64,000 nucleotides of DNA from the human T2T-CHM13v2.0 reference genome, Homo sapiens. The stretch lies in the NCBI RefSeq assembly GCF_009914755.1, contig NC_060932.1; one strand, written 5' to 3'. The notes under the pieces are model-generated. The model saw only the letters and a list, made by a program, of their open reading frames with translations, had not been told where the DNA came from and ran no database searches. Of the stretch, positions 12,540 to 26,904 are shown piece by piece. Position 1 is the stretch's first letter. Each line of letters starts with the position of its first letter. Position numbers and translations under genes: made by a program.

Positions 12540-13935
12540 GAGATAATAGGATATATACCCTAATGTGCCCACATTTTAAGAACACACTTTGATGAAATTT
12601 TATATGTGTCTACACCTGTGCAATCATTTCTCAGTTCAAGAAAAAGAAGATTTCCTGGACTCCAGGAAGTCATCTCCCTTGTGCAACCTGTCAGTCTTAC
12701 CATTCCCACCACACACATAAACACATACCCAGATAACCACCTTTCAACTTCTACCAATGTAAGTTAATATTGCCTGTGTCTGAAATTTATGTAAGTGGAG
12801 TCATATAGAATGCATTCTTTGTGTTTGGCTTATTTTGCTCAGTATATGTCTGGGACAATAATCTATGTTATTATTGTGTATATTGTTACCAGTGGAAGAG
12901 ATTTGAGTTACCCCAAGTTACCAGTGGCAAATCCCTATGGGTCTGCAGCAACTTTAGTTCTTGCCTCCTCAGAAGAAAGAATTCAACTGAGGGGCATAAA
13001 GCAGAAAAAGAGATCAAGGCAAGTTTCAGAGCAGGAGTGAAAGTTTATTTGAAAGGGTTTTGAACAGGAAAGAAAGAAAAATTCACTTGGAAAAAAATCC
13101 AAGAGTGCATCTGAAGGTCAAAGAGTGTGTAACCTTGACCCTAGGACTTTATAGGCTCACTTTTTCTCATGATTATTCCCTTAGGGTGGGCTTCCCACAT
13201 GCACAGTGCCCTTCTTACGCTTGGGAATTAAGCATGCGCAGTATGTTTAGGAAGTTGTATGCATGCCCATCTGAGGCTGTCTTCCCTTTTCTGATGGATT
13301 GCACCAGAAAGGTCATACTTCGCCATTTTATCTCTTAAGGCACAAGCTCAGGAAGTTTCTTCTCCCTGACTCCTGCATTCAATGAACACTTTAATGTTAA
13401 TAGCTGTGGATCATCATGAAAGGCCTCTCCCTGGAGCCCTGGGTGGGCTGTCAAACTATAATTTTTAGAGAGGCAGTGTGATAATTGCTGAACCATCACC
13501 TGACTTTCCTGGTGCGTGGAGAGAGAAGAGCCCTCTCCTGCCCCATTTATGCCTGTCTAATTACCTGTAACAATAGCAGTAGTTTATTTATTTATATTGA
13601 TGTAGTATGTCATTATATGTACATGCTATAATTTTTTTATCCTTTTAACTATTTGTTTAGATTCTTTCCATTTAAGGACTATTATAAAAAAGTGACGTTA
13701 TAAACATGTTTATAATCATGTCTTTTAGTTGACGTATGCTTTTCTTTTTATTTAGACTATGCCTAAGTATGAAATTGCTAAGTCATAAGGTACTCACATA
13801 CTTAGGGTCAGAAGATGCCGTTAAAGAGATGTTTCAAAGTAATTGTACCAATTTACACTCCCACCAGAAACGTATGAGGGTTTCAGTTAGTCTGCATCTT
13901 CAACCCACTTGGAATTATCAGTCTTCTCAATTATT
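12540..13935 (-). mobile_element. Old L1M (L1MC/ME-type) 3' region, split by an LTR at 12884-13572
   Basis: Antisense L1 motifs aagtaattgtaccaatttacactcccaccag and tggagtcatatagaatg..ctttgtgtttggctt. Confidence 0.75.
12884..13572 (-). mobile_element. ERV1 MER4-group solo LTR (MER50-like)
   Basis: Termini tgttaccagtgg...cctgtaaca; agaaagaattcaactgaggggcataa...gtgaaagtttatt; 4-bp TSD-like atat/atag. Confidence 0.8.
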
Positions 13936-13989
13936 CTGTTAACTCTTATTTCAGTTCTGTTTATGTTATAAGAGAAAATTTAGGAATAT

Positions 13990-14215
13990 ATTTAACAGCG
14001 TAGGCTTTGAGCAGAGCTGCCTGAATTTTAAATCTAGGTCTGTTACTTGTCCCCTATTTAAATTTGACTAAGTTACTCAACTTCTTTGTGCCTCAGTTTT
14101 CTCAAGCAAGATAAGTCTAATAGGTATACTTACCCCAAAAGGCGATGGTAAAAATTAAATAAATGAGAATTATGTAGCTCTTAGAATAGCACATTGCAAA
14201 CACCATAATAGTGCT
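13990..14215 (+). mobile_element. MIR SINE
   Basis: aagttactcaacttctttgtgcctcagttttctca core. Confidence 0.8.
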
Positions 14216-14669
14216 TACGCTCTTTGGGTGAGGGGTATGCTGAACATCCAGACTTTGCCGCTGTGCAATATATCTATGTAACACACCTGCACTTTTTTGC
14301 AAAAGGTATTTTTTTAAAAAATAATGTATTCGTTTTAAATTTCAAAACATAATATTTGTTCATTTAAAAAATTAAAATAGCTACTGCAAATAGTTATTAT
14401 TTGTTATGTACTATGTTAAGTGTTTTTTTGTGGAGAGTAGGAAAGTGGAGGTATGGGGGAAATGTGGCGAGATAAACCTGCAGAGGGTAGCAGGAACCAG
14501 ACATGGGTGGCCTTATTAAGGAGTTCAGTCTTCACCATGAAGGTAATGAGGGCACATTAATTTAAGCCAAGTAGTGACATGGTCATACCTACATGATGGG
14601 ATAGAAATGGAATATGAGGGTGGACAGGATATTAGCTACGTCTTGTAGAGTATTGCTACCCTGCAGCAC

Positions 14670-15100
14670 AGGGTAACACAGGCACTGTGCTCAACCTTTT
14701 ACAAACATTTTCTCATTAAACTCTGAACCCCTGATAGCATCTCATCATCATCTTCATTTTACATTATAAGTGGATTGAGTAGTTAGGAGAGACAAGTAAC
14801 TTCTTCAAGGTCACAGAGTTAATTGAGTTGTTGAGCTGGAATTTGAGCCCAGTATGCCTGACCTTTCAGTCCCAGTGGTATTCAGGCCTGAGTCCTGTCT
14901 ATGTCCAAGCCATTGAACTACGTGTGCCACAAGCAAGACCTCCAATCTCCCTAGCAGCACTCCCAGGGAGGAGTGATCCTCATTTTACAGACAAGAAAAC
15001 TGACATCTTGATAGTAGAATACTATCCCCAGGGTCATACACTAAAAAGTGGCAGAGCCCAAGTTCAAACTTGTGTGTTTCATGTCTTTCCTCTGGGATGA
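14670..15100 (-). mobile_element. Two MIR fragments
   Basis: aagtaacttcttcaaggtcacagag...ggaatttgagcccag and cctcattttacagacaagaaaactgac. Confidence 0.7.
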
Positions 15101-15189
15101 CACTCTCTGATGTGCGAGCTCATAGCAAACAAACTTAAGAAATATTGTTCCCACTCTTATCTAAAGCAGAGGTCAGGAAACTTCTTCTT

Positions 15190-15560
<371 letters not shown>

Positions 15561-15585
15561 TAGGAAAATTCTTCTATAAAGGGCC

Positions 15586-16036
15586 TATTGAGGTTAAAGC
15601 AGCTCCATCTTGGATGCTACTCTGCCATGTGGACTTCTGATTAACCTCAGTTCCTGGAATGCCTCTTAGATTTATCTTTTATCTACTGTTCTTTGTGTAA
15701 GAACATGCACTTAACTGTAAATCCTGCCCTCAGGTCCAAACAACCTTGACCATAAATCCTAAATCCTCTCCTTAGGCAGATTCATACAGCATTCTTGCCT
15801 TTCCCTGACCAGTCAACTTGAATCATCCTACATATTCCTTCCCTATGGCATGGGAGGTAGTGGCATGGGGATCCACTATCTCTTCTGTGGCTGCCTGAGC
15901 AAGATATGGCTTCTGTTCATAAGTCCTTGTGAAATATTTCTTTCTAAGAAACTGGATTTGTCAGTCTCTTTCCTCAGCTTTTCAGCTTCCTTGGCCTTTG
16001 TGGGTAGGTTTGCACAGGCCTGCCCACCACAGAACA
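15586..16036 (+). mobile_element. LTR47-like ERVL solo LTR
   Basis: ggttaaagcagctccatcttggatgcta...acttctgattaacc...cagaaca; 5-bp TSD gggcc/ggacc. Confidence 0.75.
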
Positions 16037-16329
16037 GGACCAGATAATTACTATGTTAGGCTTCTCAGGCCATATTGTCTTTGTGTAGCTACTCAACTCT
16101 ACAGTGGTAAGTTGAAACATGTACAGGGCATGGCTATGTTCCAATAAAAATTTATTTATAAAAACAGGCAGTGGGTTAGATTTGGCCCATGAGCCATACT
16201 TGACCAACTGCTGATATAAAATATCTGAAAAACAAAATTATCTTTCTCTCATCAGTTATGATTTTGGTGCAAAAATTAAATGTATTATGTTATTAATTAT
16301 TTACCACAACTTATTTAATCATCCTAATT

Positions 16330-17058
16330 TGTAACTGCCCAATGGGTTCACCTTGCCCAGTGCCTAGACAGAGCCAATTTATCAAGGCAGGAGAATTGCA
16401 AGAGAGAAAGAGTAATTAATGTAGAGCTGGCTATGTGGTAAACTGGTGTTTTATTATTACTCAAAACAGTCTCCCTGAGCATTTGGGGATCAGAGCTTTT
16501 AAAGATAATTTGGTGGATTGGGGGTGGGGCAACCTGTGAGTCAAGAGTGCTGATTGGTCAGGTCGGAGATGAAATCATAGGGAGTCGGAGCTGTCCTCTT
16601 GCACTGAGTCAGTTCCTGGATGGGGTCCACAAGATGAGATGAGCCAGCTTATCAATCTGGGTGGTGCCAGCTGATCCATCAAGTGCAGGGTCTAAAAATA
16701 TCTCAAGCACTGATCTTAGGATTTACAAATAGTGATGTCAAACTCAGGAGCAATTTGGGGAGGGTCAGAATCTTGTAGCCTCCAACTGCATGACTCCTAA
16801 ACCATAATTTCTAATCTTTTGATTAATTTGTTAGCCCTACAAAGGCAGTCTAGTCCCCAGGCAAGAAGGGGGTTTGTTTTGGGAAAGGGCTGTTATCATC
16901 TTTGTTTCAAACTATAAACTATAAATGAAGTTCTTCCCAAAGTTAGTTCAGCTTACACCCAGGAACGAACAAGGACAGCTTGGAGGTTAAAAGCAAGATG
17001 GAGTTATTTCGGTCAGATCTCTTTCAGTCTCAGTTATAATTTTGCAATGACAGTATCA
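16330..17058 (-). mobile_element. LTR8-family (ERV1) solo LTR
   Basis: tgtaactgcccaatgggttcaccttgcc...ctcagttataattttgcaatgacagtatca is the reverse of LTR8 tgaaaccgcctttgcaaaattataactgag. Confidence 0.9.
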
Positions 17059-18057
17059 GTTGTGCTTGGAATATTTAATTATATTTCTTCCCCTTCTTCC
17101 TCCTTCTTCCCCGTCATTTATTTTGTATAGATTTACCCTAAATAGATAATGCTGCCCCAAAGCCTTTGATTTCACTCATTTTTCCTCCTTTTGAATTATA
17201 TCCTTGCAATAAATTTTCAGTAGTGGGATTACTGGTAAAAATAGGTATCTGTAGAATTATATTTTCTTTTGAAGCATTCAGTGAGTCTCCCTACTCCTTC
17301 ATCCTTCCATGATCCCACTACCTTACATATTGTTATTTATTATTATTTAGTCTCAAAAAAATTCTTCCGCCAATGTTTTCAAATGTAGAACCAATGAAGT
17401 ATTAACCTTAACAAGCAAAATGTCTAGATGAAAGAGTGGAAAATATATGGTAGAAATCAAAATTTGAAATTTGCCATGAATGCTAGGAACTTCTTTGCTT
17501 GCCCTCCCCAGCTTTAGATCATTTCATTCCTGGGGATTTATCTGATTTTCCTTCAAAGTGTTGAAGGAAATTCATGTCCACATCCAATTCTGCTATTTTC
17601 TGAATGATCTTCTTGTAGCCTATTTTTGGATAAACAAATTTAAACCCAAAGGAAGCAATGTCAGTGTTTCTTTGATTTTCTTGACTTATTAGGGTATAAA
17701 AGGTTTTTTTTTCCAATAAAGAAATATTTTATGTCAAGTCTGAAGTAATGACAAAAATAACATTGGAACTATCAAAGAAAAATATATTAAGATAATTGAT
17801 AATGAGCCTGTCCCTTCTATCTTAGAATGATCTCCCAAATGTGTAACTTTCTCTTCTCTTTCACTGCCTAAATAAGGCTCTCCTCTCATGAGACTATTAT
17901 AGTAATGTTCTCTTCTATGTTCTCTTTGTCCTCAGGTGTTCAAGATCTAATAATGCTACAAAATCCAACCAGACCTGTCTTCCTAAAAATCCTATCTGAT
18001 TACGATACTCCTCTGTGTGAGAAATCTACTGGCCCCTCAGTGCCTACAACATAAGCA

Positions 18058-18208
18058 GGCTAGGCTCGGTGGCTTATGCCTGTAATCCCAGGACTTTGGG
18101 AGGTTGAAGTGGGAGGATAGTTTGAGCCCAGGAGCTCAAGACCAGCCTGGGTGACATAGTGAGACCTTATCTTATTTATAAACAAATAAATAAATAAATG
18201 AAAAAAAT
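18058..18208 (+). mobile_element. Alu left monomer (FLAM/AluJ) with (TAAA)n tail, inside L2 remnants
   Basis: ggctaggctcggtggcttatgcctgtaatccca...gtgagaccttatct. Confidence 0.9.
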
Positions 18209-18374
18209 ACGTATTACAAGCAGGCTCTCTACAATCTAGAACCCACCTATATCCTCTGCCACATCTCCCATACTTCTCTCTAATCAACCCCCTCAACAAC
18301 TTCACAGAAATGCTTACCTGTTCTTTATTATGTTTGCTCTTTCATAAACAAACATGAGTATATAATGCATGTTC

Positions 18375-18550
18375 CAAAATAGCTTGCTAATGAACTACTT
18401 AGAGAGACTTGGGTGACTTGTTAAAAACTCAAGCTCCCAGCCAAACTCCATATAACTTGAATCAAAACCCTTAGGCTTAGAGATTAAGATTTTATTTTGT
18501 AACAAGTCCTTTAGACAATTCACTTATTCATTTAATTTGGAAACCACTGG
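18375..18550. mobile_element. MER5-like hAT MITE remnant
   Basis: cttgttaaaaactca...gaatcaaaaccctt...ttttgtaacaagtcc...tttggaaaccactg. Confidence 0.55.
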
Positions 18551-19389
18551 ATATGCTGACTTGTGTTTTGGAATGCCACTTTCTCACTTCTGACAAATTT
18601 TAGGTCATTATTTAAGATCTCATTTAAACTTTACCTTCTGTTGCACATTTTAAAAATAGGATAGAGCTCATGTAGATGTTCTTTTAAAAGAAACACACAA
18701 AAGAATACAGGAAATTTTGATAGATATGGTTAGTGCTATGATTGTTGTAATGATATCACAGGTGTATGCCTATGTCCAAATTCATCAAAATGTATAAATT
18801 AAATATATGTTTTCTACGTCATTATACCTCAACGAAGCTTAAAATAATAAATACATTTTGCCTCTTTTGGAAAGAATTTTCTAGCACAGAAAATACCAAA
18901 TTACCTTCTTACTCTCCTCTCAGAACACTCTATCGTTATACCTTTATTATCCTATTGGATAATATGATACCTAATATGTAATTAGATAATAGAACAGCAT
19001 ATTGCTATTGTATTCTTGCCTCCTCCTTTTTTTTTGCTCTGTAAGAATTCACTCTAAAATGCCCTCTTTGTCAATATGTGTTCAAGAAGAACAGTGGGCA
19101 GAAAGTAGAATGAGTTCTGCTGAAGAGTTATCACATGACCAACTCTGATCTAGACATTATGGAGAAATCCCAGGAAGGTTAAGGGTGAAGCAGCCCCTAC
19201 CTTTAAGGAATTTGTAAGTGCCTTAGAAAAGCAGTGTCCCATTCTCCTTCTGGGTGTTCCACTAAGCCCTATGTTCACTTCTGTCATGGCACATACTACC
19301 AGTTTACTGCACATATATGATTTCTTGAATGACTCTCTGAGAGAAACTTAGGAAGCAAAAGTTTCTCAAGGGCAGGACCTGAATAACTC

Positions 19390-19570
19390 CAAAGCCCATT
19401 TAGTGTCATCTTGAGCTCAAGATTAGTTAAGTTACTGTGCCTCAGTTTCCTCTTTGGCAAAACTAGAATCACAGTAGAAATATGTGCCAAGTTTTTGTCA
19501 GTATTAAATAGTAAATGGCATATTTCTTAGCACATAATAAACAATGAGTAAATGTTGGCAATTATTAGCA
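19390..19570 (+). mobile_element. MIR SINE
   Basis: ctgtgcctcagtttcctctttggcaaaac...gtaaatgttggcaattatta. Confidence 0.75.
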
Positions 19571-21819
19571 ATATGTTAGCATTTTCTTCCTGAGAGGTTC
19601 CCTAAGTCGTCTTTGAGGTCAGTCATCTGACTTCTGAATACTAATGTGTTGCTGGAACTCCAATACTCAGGCACTGCTGCTAGATCCATCCTCAGGCATC
19701 TGTTCTGTTCTGAAACACAGGAGCCCAATAAGATCCCAAAACCACCCCTTCCCTTCCCCTTCAGCCCCATGCAGCCTCTAGAGTACGATTAAGTCTCGCT
19801 GAGTTAAGACAAAAGTGCTCTGTACACAGCACTGTATAAACATAAGATATTGCTATTATTTCCCTCCTTGCCTGGGCTTTAAATTCTTTGTTAGCAGAGA
19901 ACATTGTGCCACATACACTCAACCTATTCCTTTTGACTTCAGGAACACAAACAATGGACCATAAAGCGCGCCTGAGAAGAAGCGAGCATAAAGTCTTCTG
20001 CCCTAAACTGTGAACTTCTCTAGAATAGCATAGATCATGCTGAGAAAACAAGAACTAACTCGTGTTGAAGGCGTAAGCGTTGCCCTTTGGTTTACTGAGG
20101 AAGTCCTGCTCTATATCTGTCCAAAGACTTGAAACTGCTTCTAAATTAACTGTTTTCCTCGGAGCACACATAATATGCTCTCTGTACAACTCTAAGATTT
20201 AAACTTTTTTCTCACTGTGGTTCAAAAACTTATTTAAAATTTATACAAGGCATATCGCTTAACCTTGCTATGAAAAAATTGCCCTATCTAAAACAACCGA
20301 GTGTAAAACACAAACCTTTTTTTTCCCTTAAGGTCAGGATGCAAAATTCCTTATCAATAGTAGCCAGAGCCTCAACTACAAGGTAAGGAAAGAAAAAAGA
20401 CCCAAAGAGCTTCAGATGAACGTCCTATATCTCTGAAAGTGCATAGGAGCTGAGAGTATTTCTCACACAGGACTTGTTTCATTGCTTCCTGTAAGTCTTA
20501 TTTTTGCACTTTCATAATCTGCTTGCATTTTGTGAATTCTATAAGGATGGTAAGCCTGCCTCATTTACATTGTAATCCCTTGAAGAGACTTATTAGCACA
20601 GTATATTCTGCTTTAGGGACTATCAATAAATATGCACTTAAAGAAAGACCATGACCAAATGCAAACATTCTTGAGATGGTAAAGTAGCCATCAAGATTCA
20701 GCAGAAATTAGCTTTGGCTTTGGATCCTTACCATGGGCACAACTATGATCAAACTATCGTCATTCATATACGTTAGAATTAAATGAGTAACTTTAGGTGG
20801 AAATGCATAATATAGTATGTGGTTCATAAATAAGCTTTCATCAGTGCTAGTGTCTTTATTGTTTTCTTTCTGTACTCCCTTTTTCCTGCGCTCTCTTCTC
20901 ACATTTTTTTCCCTTCCTCTATTTTTCTTTATCCCTCTGAAAAACATTGGTCAAAGACACTGTGAAAGCTATATAAGCCTTTTAGTGGCAGGGACGGAGA
21001 GAAATCAGGAGGCCAGTTGCAAAGACACTATTGAGGGTTTATTCAGGGTAGATATAAAATAAGTTAGAAAGAGGCCCCTGACAAAAATACAGAGGCATGG
21101 AAATTGAAAGATTCTTCCCCTTTAATTTCTTCATATCTAGCATCATACTTTCCTCTGCTTGTAAATGGTAGCCCAGTTTTCCAATACTTCCCATGACTGC
21201 AGGGCACTAGAAGACAACAGTTAAGGTGACCCTGCAGATCAGGCCAAAGGGGTTGCCTTATTACTTGAGACACATATATGCATACCCTCCCACTTTTATT
21301 CCCCCCGCTAAAGGACTGGAAGCACTTTCCTTTTATAACTAATACTTCCAAATTTCTTCATTCTACTCATTGATTTACTGCTGCAAACTTCCTTTGAGTG
21401 TTTGATCATCTATTAACAAATTATGTATTTTTTTGTAAAACACCTTCCTCAGAAACACCTCAAGTGGCAAAGTAGAATTTTGATTTAAACAATATTCTTA
21501 GCCCACTCACTGCCTTGTCACGACAGAGAGCCACAGCACCAAAGAGGTATCTCGTCATCTTCTGCACAAATTGGAAGGAAAACTGCTTCGGGCTTTGAGT
21601 GTGAGGTGGGAATTATTCATGTACATTTCATGTACACTCTGAGGAAATGCCAAAGAAGAAGGAGGACCAGGGAAGTCAGAGACTGAGAAGGATAAATTAT
21701 TACAGAATGAATCATTACACTAATAATTAAAGGAGGAACTAAGATGCTAAAAGAGTTTATGGACAACCTTCAATTGTTCATCAAGTATTTGGTAAATTTA
21801 GGCCATAGAGAGAAAACTA

Positions 21820-22560
21820 AGAACATGAGCTTGGACCGCAGACTGTTTTCCAAACTGTTATATCAATTCATATTTGTATGAAATTAGTAATTACTTATCT
21901 TCTGCATGACCTTTTAACCTTATACATAAAATAAGAATAATAATAGAACCAATCTTGTAGGGTTATTGGGAAGCTTAAATGCATTTGTGCATGCAAACAT
22001 ATTTAGAAGATTGTTTGCCACGCAATACTATGTATCAGCTGTAATATTAGTGTTATTAACATTTTCCAGAATTGTTGTAAGACGAAGAGAACATATTTTA
22101 TGAAAAAAAGGAGGGTAGAGGATTTTAAACTTTAGTTGATATGATACCATTCTTTTTTCTTCTCCTCATTCTATCTTTTTTTCATGGCTCACACTTTGCT
22201 GCTGGATTTAAAAAACAAAGGAGGAGTCAGATGAATGCATTGGCATTTTCCAACATTGCTAACTGGCATGGACATTCACTTCCCTCACCCCAACACATGC
22301 TTGCACAGAGCCAAATATGTATATTGATAATTTCCTCTATGCCAAGTATTTTTATTTGTATTAGCTACCTTATTTAGTCTTTAAAGCAATCCAGTGAAGG
22401 AGGCATTGTCTTCACCACTTTAGAGATAATGACCCTGTGTCAGAGAGGTGAAAGATCCTGCCCAAGTTTAACCAGCTATATATGGCAGAATTGAAATTTC
22501 ACCCTAGGTCTCTTGTGTGAACTTCAGAGCCTTTGCTCCCTCTGGCATATTGATGCCCTA
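21820..22560. mobile_element. MIR pair (plus ~21820-22065, minus ~22330-22560)
   Basis: ataaaataagaataataatagaacc..cttgtagggttattggg and cagagaggtgaaagatcctgcccaag. Confidence 0.65.
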
Positions 22561-23884
22561 GGATGACTCTTACGGTTCTGGCTCTCTAGGTGCTTCTATG
22601 TATAAACTGCAGGCGTCAATGCTCTAGAAATAGGCCATCCATCAGCTTGTGCCATCTGTAAGGCTGTGTCTCAGTGAGCAATGCTCAGTTCCAGTTGAGA
22701 AATTCCAATCCTGCAAACTCATTAGTTCTTCTTTTCCAGTACTCGCCACACCCCAGAACTGCTTCCATAGAGCTCCACCTAGTGCCCCAGGGCCCTGCGA
22801 GGCAGCAGGGGTGGGGACTACCAACAAAGGTGAGACTTCTACTAGGTTCTTTCTCAGCAGCCCTCCCGGTGGTACTCAATGTCAGAAATATTGGAGGACA
22901 GGGAAGCCTAAGAGAAGAAGACTGTGACTCTACTACCCCTGATGACTCCAAATTTTCTCAACCCTGAAAGAAAACAATCTCTTTTAGATTCACAAATTAT
23001 ACATCTTGTTACCCAAGTCAGCTATCTTTCTCACCCGCCCATCTCCTTTTTTTTCGTTTGGCTGCCTTTTCTCATGCTGTCTCCTCCTGGAAAACTCTGC
23101 GTATCTTTAAGTCTGACTAGTACCTACTCAACACTCCAGATTCCCTGAACCTCAAGATTGTGCTAAGTGGTGCTCTATTCTGTGTTCATGGGCACTCATT
23201 CTTTCCTCTATTTTTACATATCATTTAATATCAGAATTATCTGTTTAGGTGTGTGTCTTACCTATCAGATTATAATTTCATGAGGGCTAACATTTCGTCC
23301 CACTTATTTTTTCCAACTTTTCATTCAGAAAAATTGCAAATTGATCACACAGTTTAATGAAAATACCATTTATTTTTGTACCACCAGCTTTTGCCAGTGT
23401 CTAGAATATATGAGGTCCTCATCAAGTGAACTGAATGAGGATTATAGGCTTTTAGGTATGGAAGGTGGCTTAGAAGCAGAATGTAATCCCTCTCATCACA
23501 CAGATACAGAAATTGAGACCCGGGTAATTGACAGTCTTCACCATTTACATGGCATATATTGGTTTGGGAGAAATAGGAGGACTAATGGATAAAAAAATCC
23601 TTACTGCCCCATTTTCTGTACCATAGCTTTTATTGTAAGGCAAACAGAGAATGTGCAGGGCCATGTCACAGGCATATTATTATATGGACTTGCAGTCAGG
23701 GGGCACTTTTCTTCTGACCTCTGCCACTAAGTAGCTAGCTATTTGACTATGGGCAAAGCCCCTTATCTTCTCTGAGCATCTGACCTCCAATAAGTATTCC
23801 ATTATATGTCTTAGCTGCTTCATAGCTTCTTGTGGAAATTCAGATTACAAAATCTAATTAGAAAATATTTGTAAAAAGTGTATG

Positions 23885-26115
23885 AATACATGAATATAGA
23901 TGCAAAATGTCATTGACAAAATATTAGTAAATGGAATCTAACAATGCATTAAAAATTACACACTATGACCAAATAGGATCTATTCCAAGTATGCAAGTTA
24001 GTTCAACATTTGAAAATGAAATAGTGAAAATGATGGCATCAAGAGGCTGCAAAAAATTATATCCTCATAATAGATGGAGAAAAAAATTTATTCAATGACA
24101 TTCAAACAGCCACTTAGGATAAAAACGCTCAGAAAACTAGAAATAAAGGAGGACTTCAACTTGACAAAGAACATCTACAAAAAAGCCTACAGCTAATATT
24201 GTATTTAATGGTCATAAACTAGAAACATTCCCTTAAAATCGAGAACAAGCCTAGGATGTCCCCTCTTAGCCCTCGCATTCAACAGTGTACGGCAAGTCCC
24301 AGCTAATGCAATAAGAAGAAAATAAACAATAAAAATAACAATAAATACAATATAACAATAACAATGTAATAATAACATAAAAATAATAAAAATAACTGAT
24401 TGAGAAGGAAATAAAACTATCTTTATTTGCAGATGACGTAATTGTTTATGTAGAAAAATCCCAAGGAATCAACAAAACAACATAAAAAAGAAATTCTAGG
24501 AACTAGTAAGCAATTATAGCAAGATTATAGGAAACAGAGTTAATATGCAAAAGTCAATTGCTTTCCTATAAACCAACTAAGAAAAAAAGGAATTTAAAAT
24601 AAAAAAAATGCATTACCATTTACATTAGCACCCAAGAAAATGAAATACGTAGGTATAAATTTAACAAAATATGTACAAGATCTATATGAGGAAAACTACA
24701 AAATTCTGATGAAAGATAACAAAGAACTAACTAAACAAAAAATTATATGTTTCTGGAAAGATTCAATGTTGTTAAGATGTCAGTTTTTCCCAAATTGATG
24801 TGTAGATTCAATGCAATCCCAAGCAAAATCCTAGCAAGTTATTTTGTGGAAATCAGTAAACTGATTGCAGAGTTTACATGGAGAGGTAAATGATCCAGAA
24901 GCCAACACAATGCTGAAGAAGAACAAGCCAGAGGACTGACACCACCTAACTTCAAGATTTCCTATAAAAATACAGTGATCAAGCCACTGTGGTATTGGTA
25001 AAATAATAGACAAATTGATCAATGGAACAGAATGGAAACCCTGAAATAGACCCACTTGGGTACAGTCAACTGATCTTTGACAAAAGAGGAAAGGCAATTC
25101 AATGGGGAAAGAATACCCTTTTCAACAGATGGTACTGAAACAACTGGGCATCCATATGCCAAAAAAATAAATTTAGACAGACATTTTATATTTCACAAAA
25201 ATTAATTCAAATGGATCATAGATCTTTCTAAATGTAAAATATAAACATAAAATTTCTCAAAGATAGTATAGAAATGAATTTAAGACAGTCTTGGGTTTGC
25301 TGATGGCTATTTAGATACAACACCCAAAATCATGACCCATAAACAAAAAATAATTATTAAGTTGGACTTCATTAAAATTAAAAGCATCTTCTCTGTGACA
25401 TACACTTTTAAGAGAACAAAAAGCCACAGACTGAGATGAAATATTTGCAAATCACATATCTAATAAAGGACTTGTATCAGAAATATACAAAGAACTCCTA
25501 ACATTCAACAATAGTGAAACAAACAACCCAGTTAAAAATTTGACAATAGACTTCAACAGATACCACACCAAAGATATACAGAAGGTGATTAAGCATATGT
25601 AAAAGATCTTCAATATAACATGTAATTAGAGAATTGCAAATTAAAACAGCAATGAGATGCCATTGCATCACTGTTAGAACAGCTAAAATCAAAGATATTG
25701 ACAATACCAAATACCTCTGAGAATATGGAACAACAGGAACTCTCATTCATTGCTCGTGGGGAAACAAATTTTGGGAAACAGATTAGCTGTTTCTTACAAA
25801 GCTAAACATAAGCATATGCTGTCATTGCTTTTCTAGGTATTTACCTAAATGAATTAAAAATCTAGTGCACACAAAAACCCATACATGAATGCTTATAGCA
25901 GCTTTATTAATAGTTATCAAAAATTGAAAGCAACTAAGATGTCCTTCAAAAGGTGAGCAGGTAAACAAACTGTGGTACATCCACACAATGGAATACTATT
26001 CAGTGATTTAAAAGAAATGAAGTAACTCTTATACATATTGTGAAATCAAGGAAGTTAGTCTGGAAAACCTACGTACTATGTGATTTCGAGTGCATAACAT
26101 TCTGAAAAAGAAAAC
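23885..26115 (+). mobile_element. L1M (L1MB/MC-type) ORF2 to 3' UTR, degenerate
   Basis: Sense L1 ORF2 motifs gatgcaaaa..caaaatattag, tttgcagatgac (FADD), tagattcaatgcaatccca, tgtggtacatccacacaatggaatactattcag; internal (AATAAC)-like expansion 24320-24395. Confidence 0.9.
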
Positions 26116-26904
26116 AGGAATGTGATTTTTCCCTCACAGGCTGACATACTCGTGCTCATCCACTCTTAATATTTTGCTTACATAAGAAAAGCAATATCAT
26201 GATTTGCTAATCATTCACCTAACCCTTAATGTTAATATTTGTTAAGTAGTTTTACATTCAAGAGCATGAGGGATATTTATGTATATATTTAAAATAATGC
26301 TTTTATTGGTTTTAGTAATGAGTTTATGCTGGTATCAGAAAACAAATGAGAAAGTATTCCTACCTGTTTTTTATTTTCTGAAAGAATTTGTGGAAGATTC
26401 ATACTGCTTTTTCTAATGTATTATATCTAATGTACAATTGACCACTAAAACCATCTGAGCCCAGAGTTGTGTGTGTGAGTATGTATGTGTCCTTGTGTGT
26501 GTAATTCTTTAATGGACATAAGGTTACTCAGGTTTTCTGTTTCATTATTTGTCAGTTTTGATTAGTTATATTTGCCAAGGTATTAGTCCATTTCCTCTTG
26601 TCAAACTTATTGGTGCAGTTATTAAATAATAATCTTATTCTGTTAATATCCGGAGGATCTATAGTAATAACCCCTCTTTCATTCCAATATTTTTTATCTT
26701 TATCAGTTAGCTAACTTTTTATTATTTTTAGTGATTTCTTTAAAGAATCACATCTTATTTTTTCCTCTACTATTTTGGTTTTTATTTGATTGATTTATGC
26801 TCATATTTACTTATTTATTTTTACTTACTTGGAGTTTATTTTGCTTTTATTTTCCCCTAATTTCTATGGGTGGGACCTTAGCTCATGGTTTTATTTTTAA
26901 ATTT

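Noticed and set aside
24320-24395. Short spaced repeats that could suggest an array
   Set aside because: Degenerate (AATAAC/AATAAA) microsatellite inside L1 with no repeat-spacer structure; eukaryotic DNA, so not CRISPR
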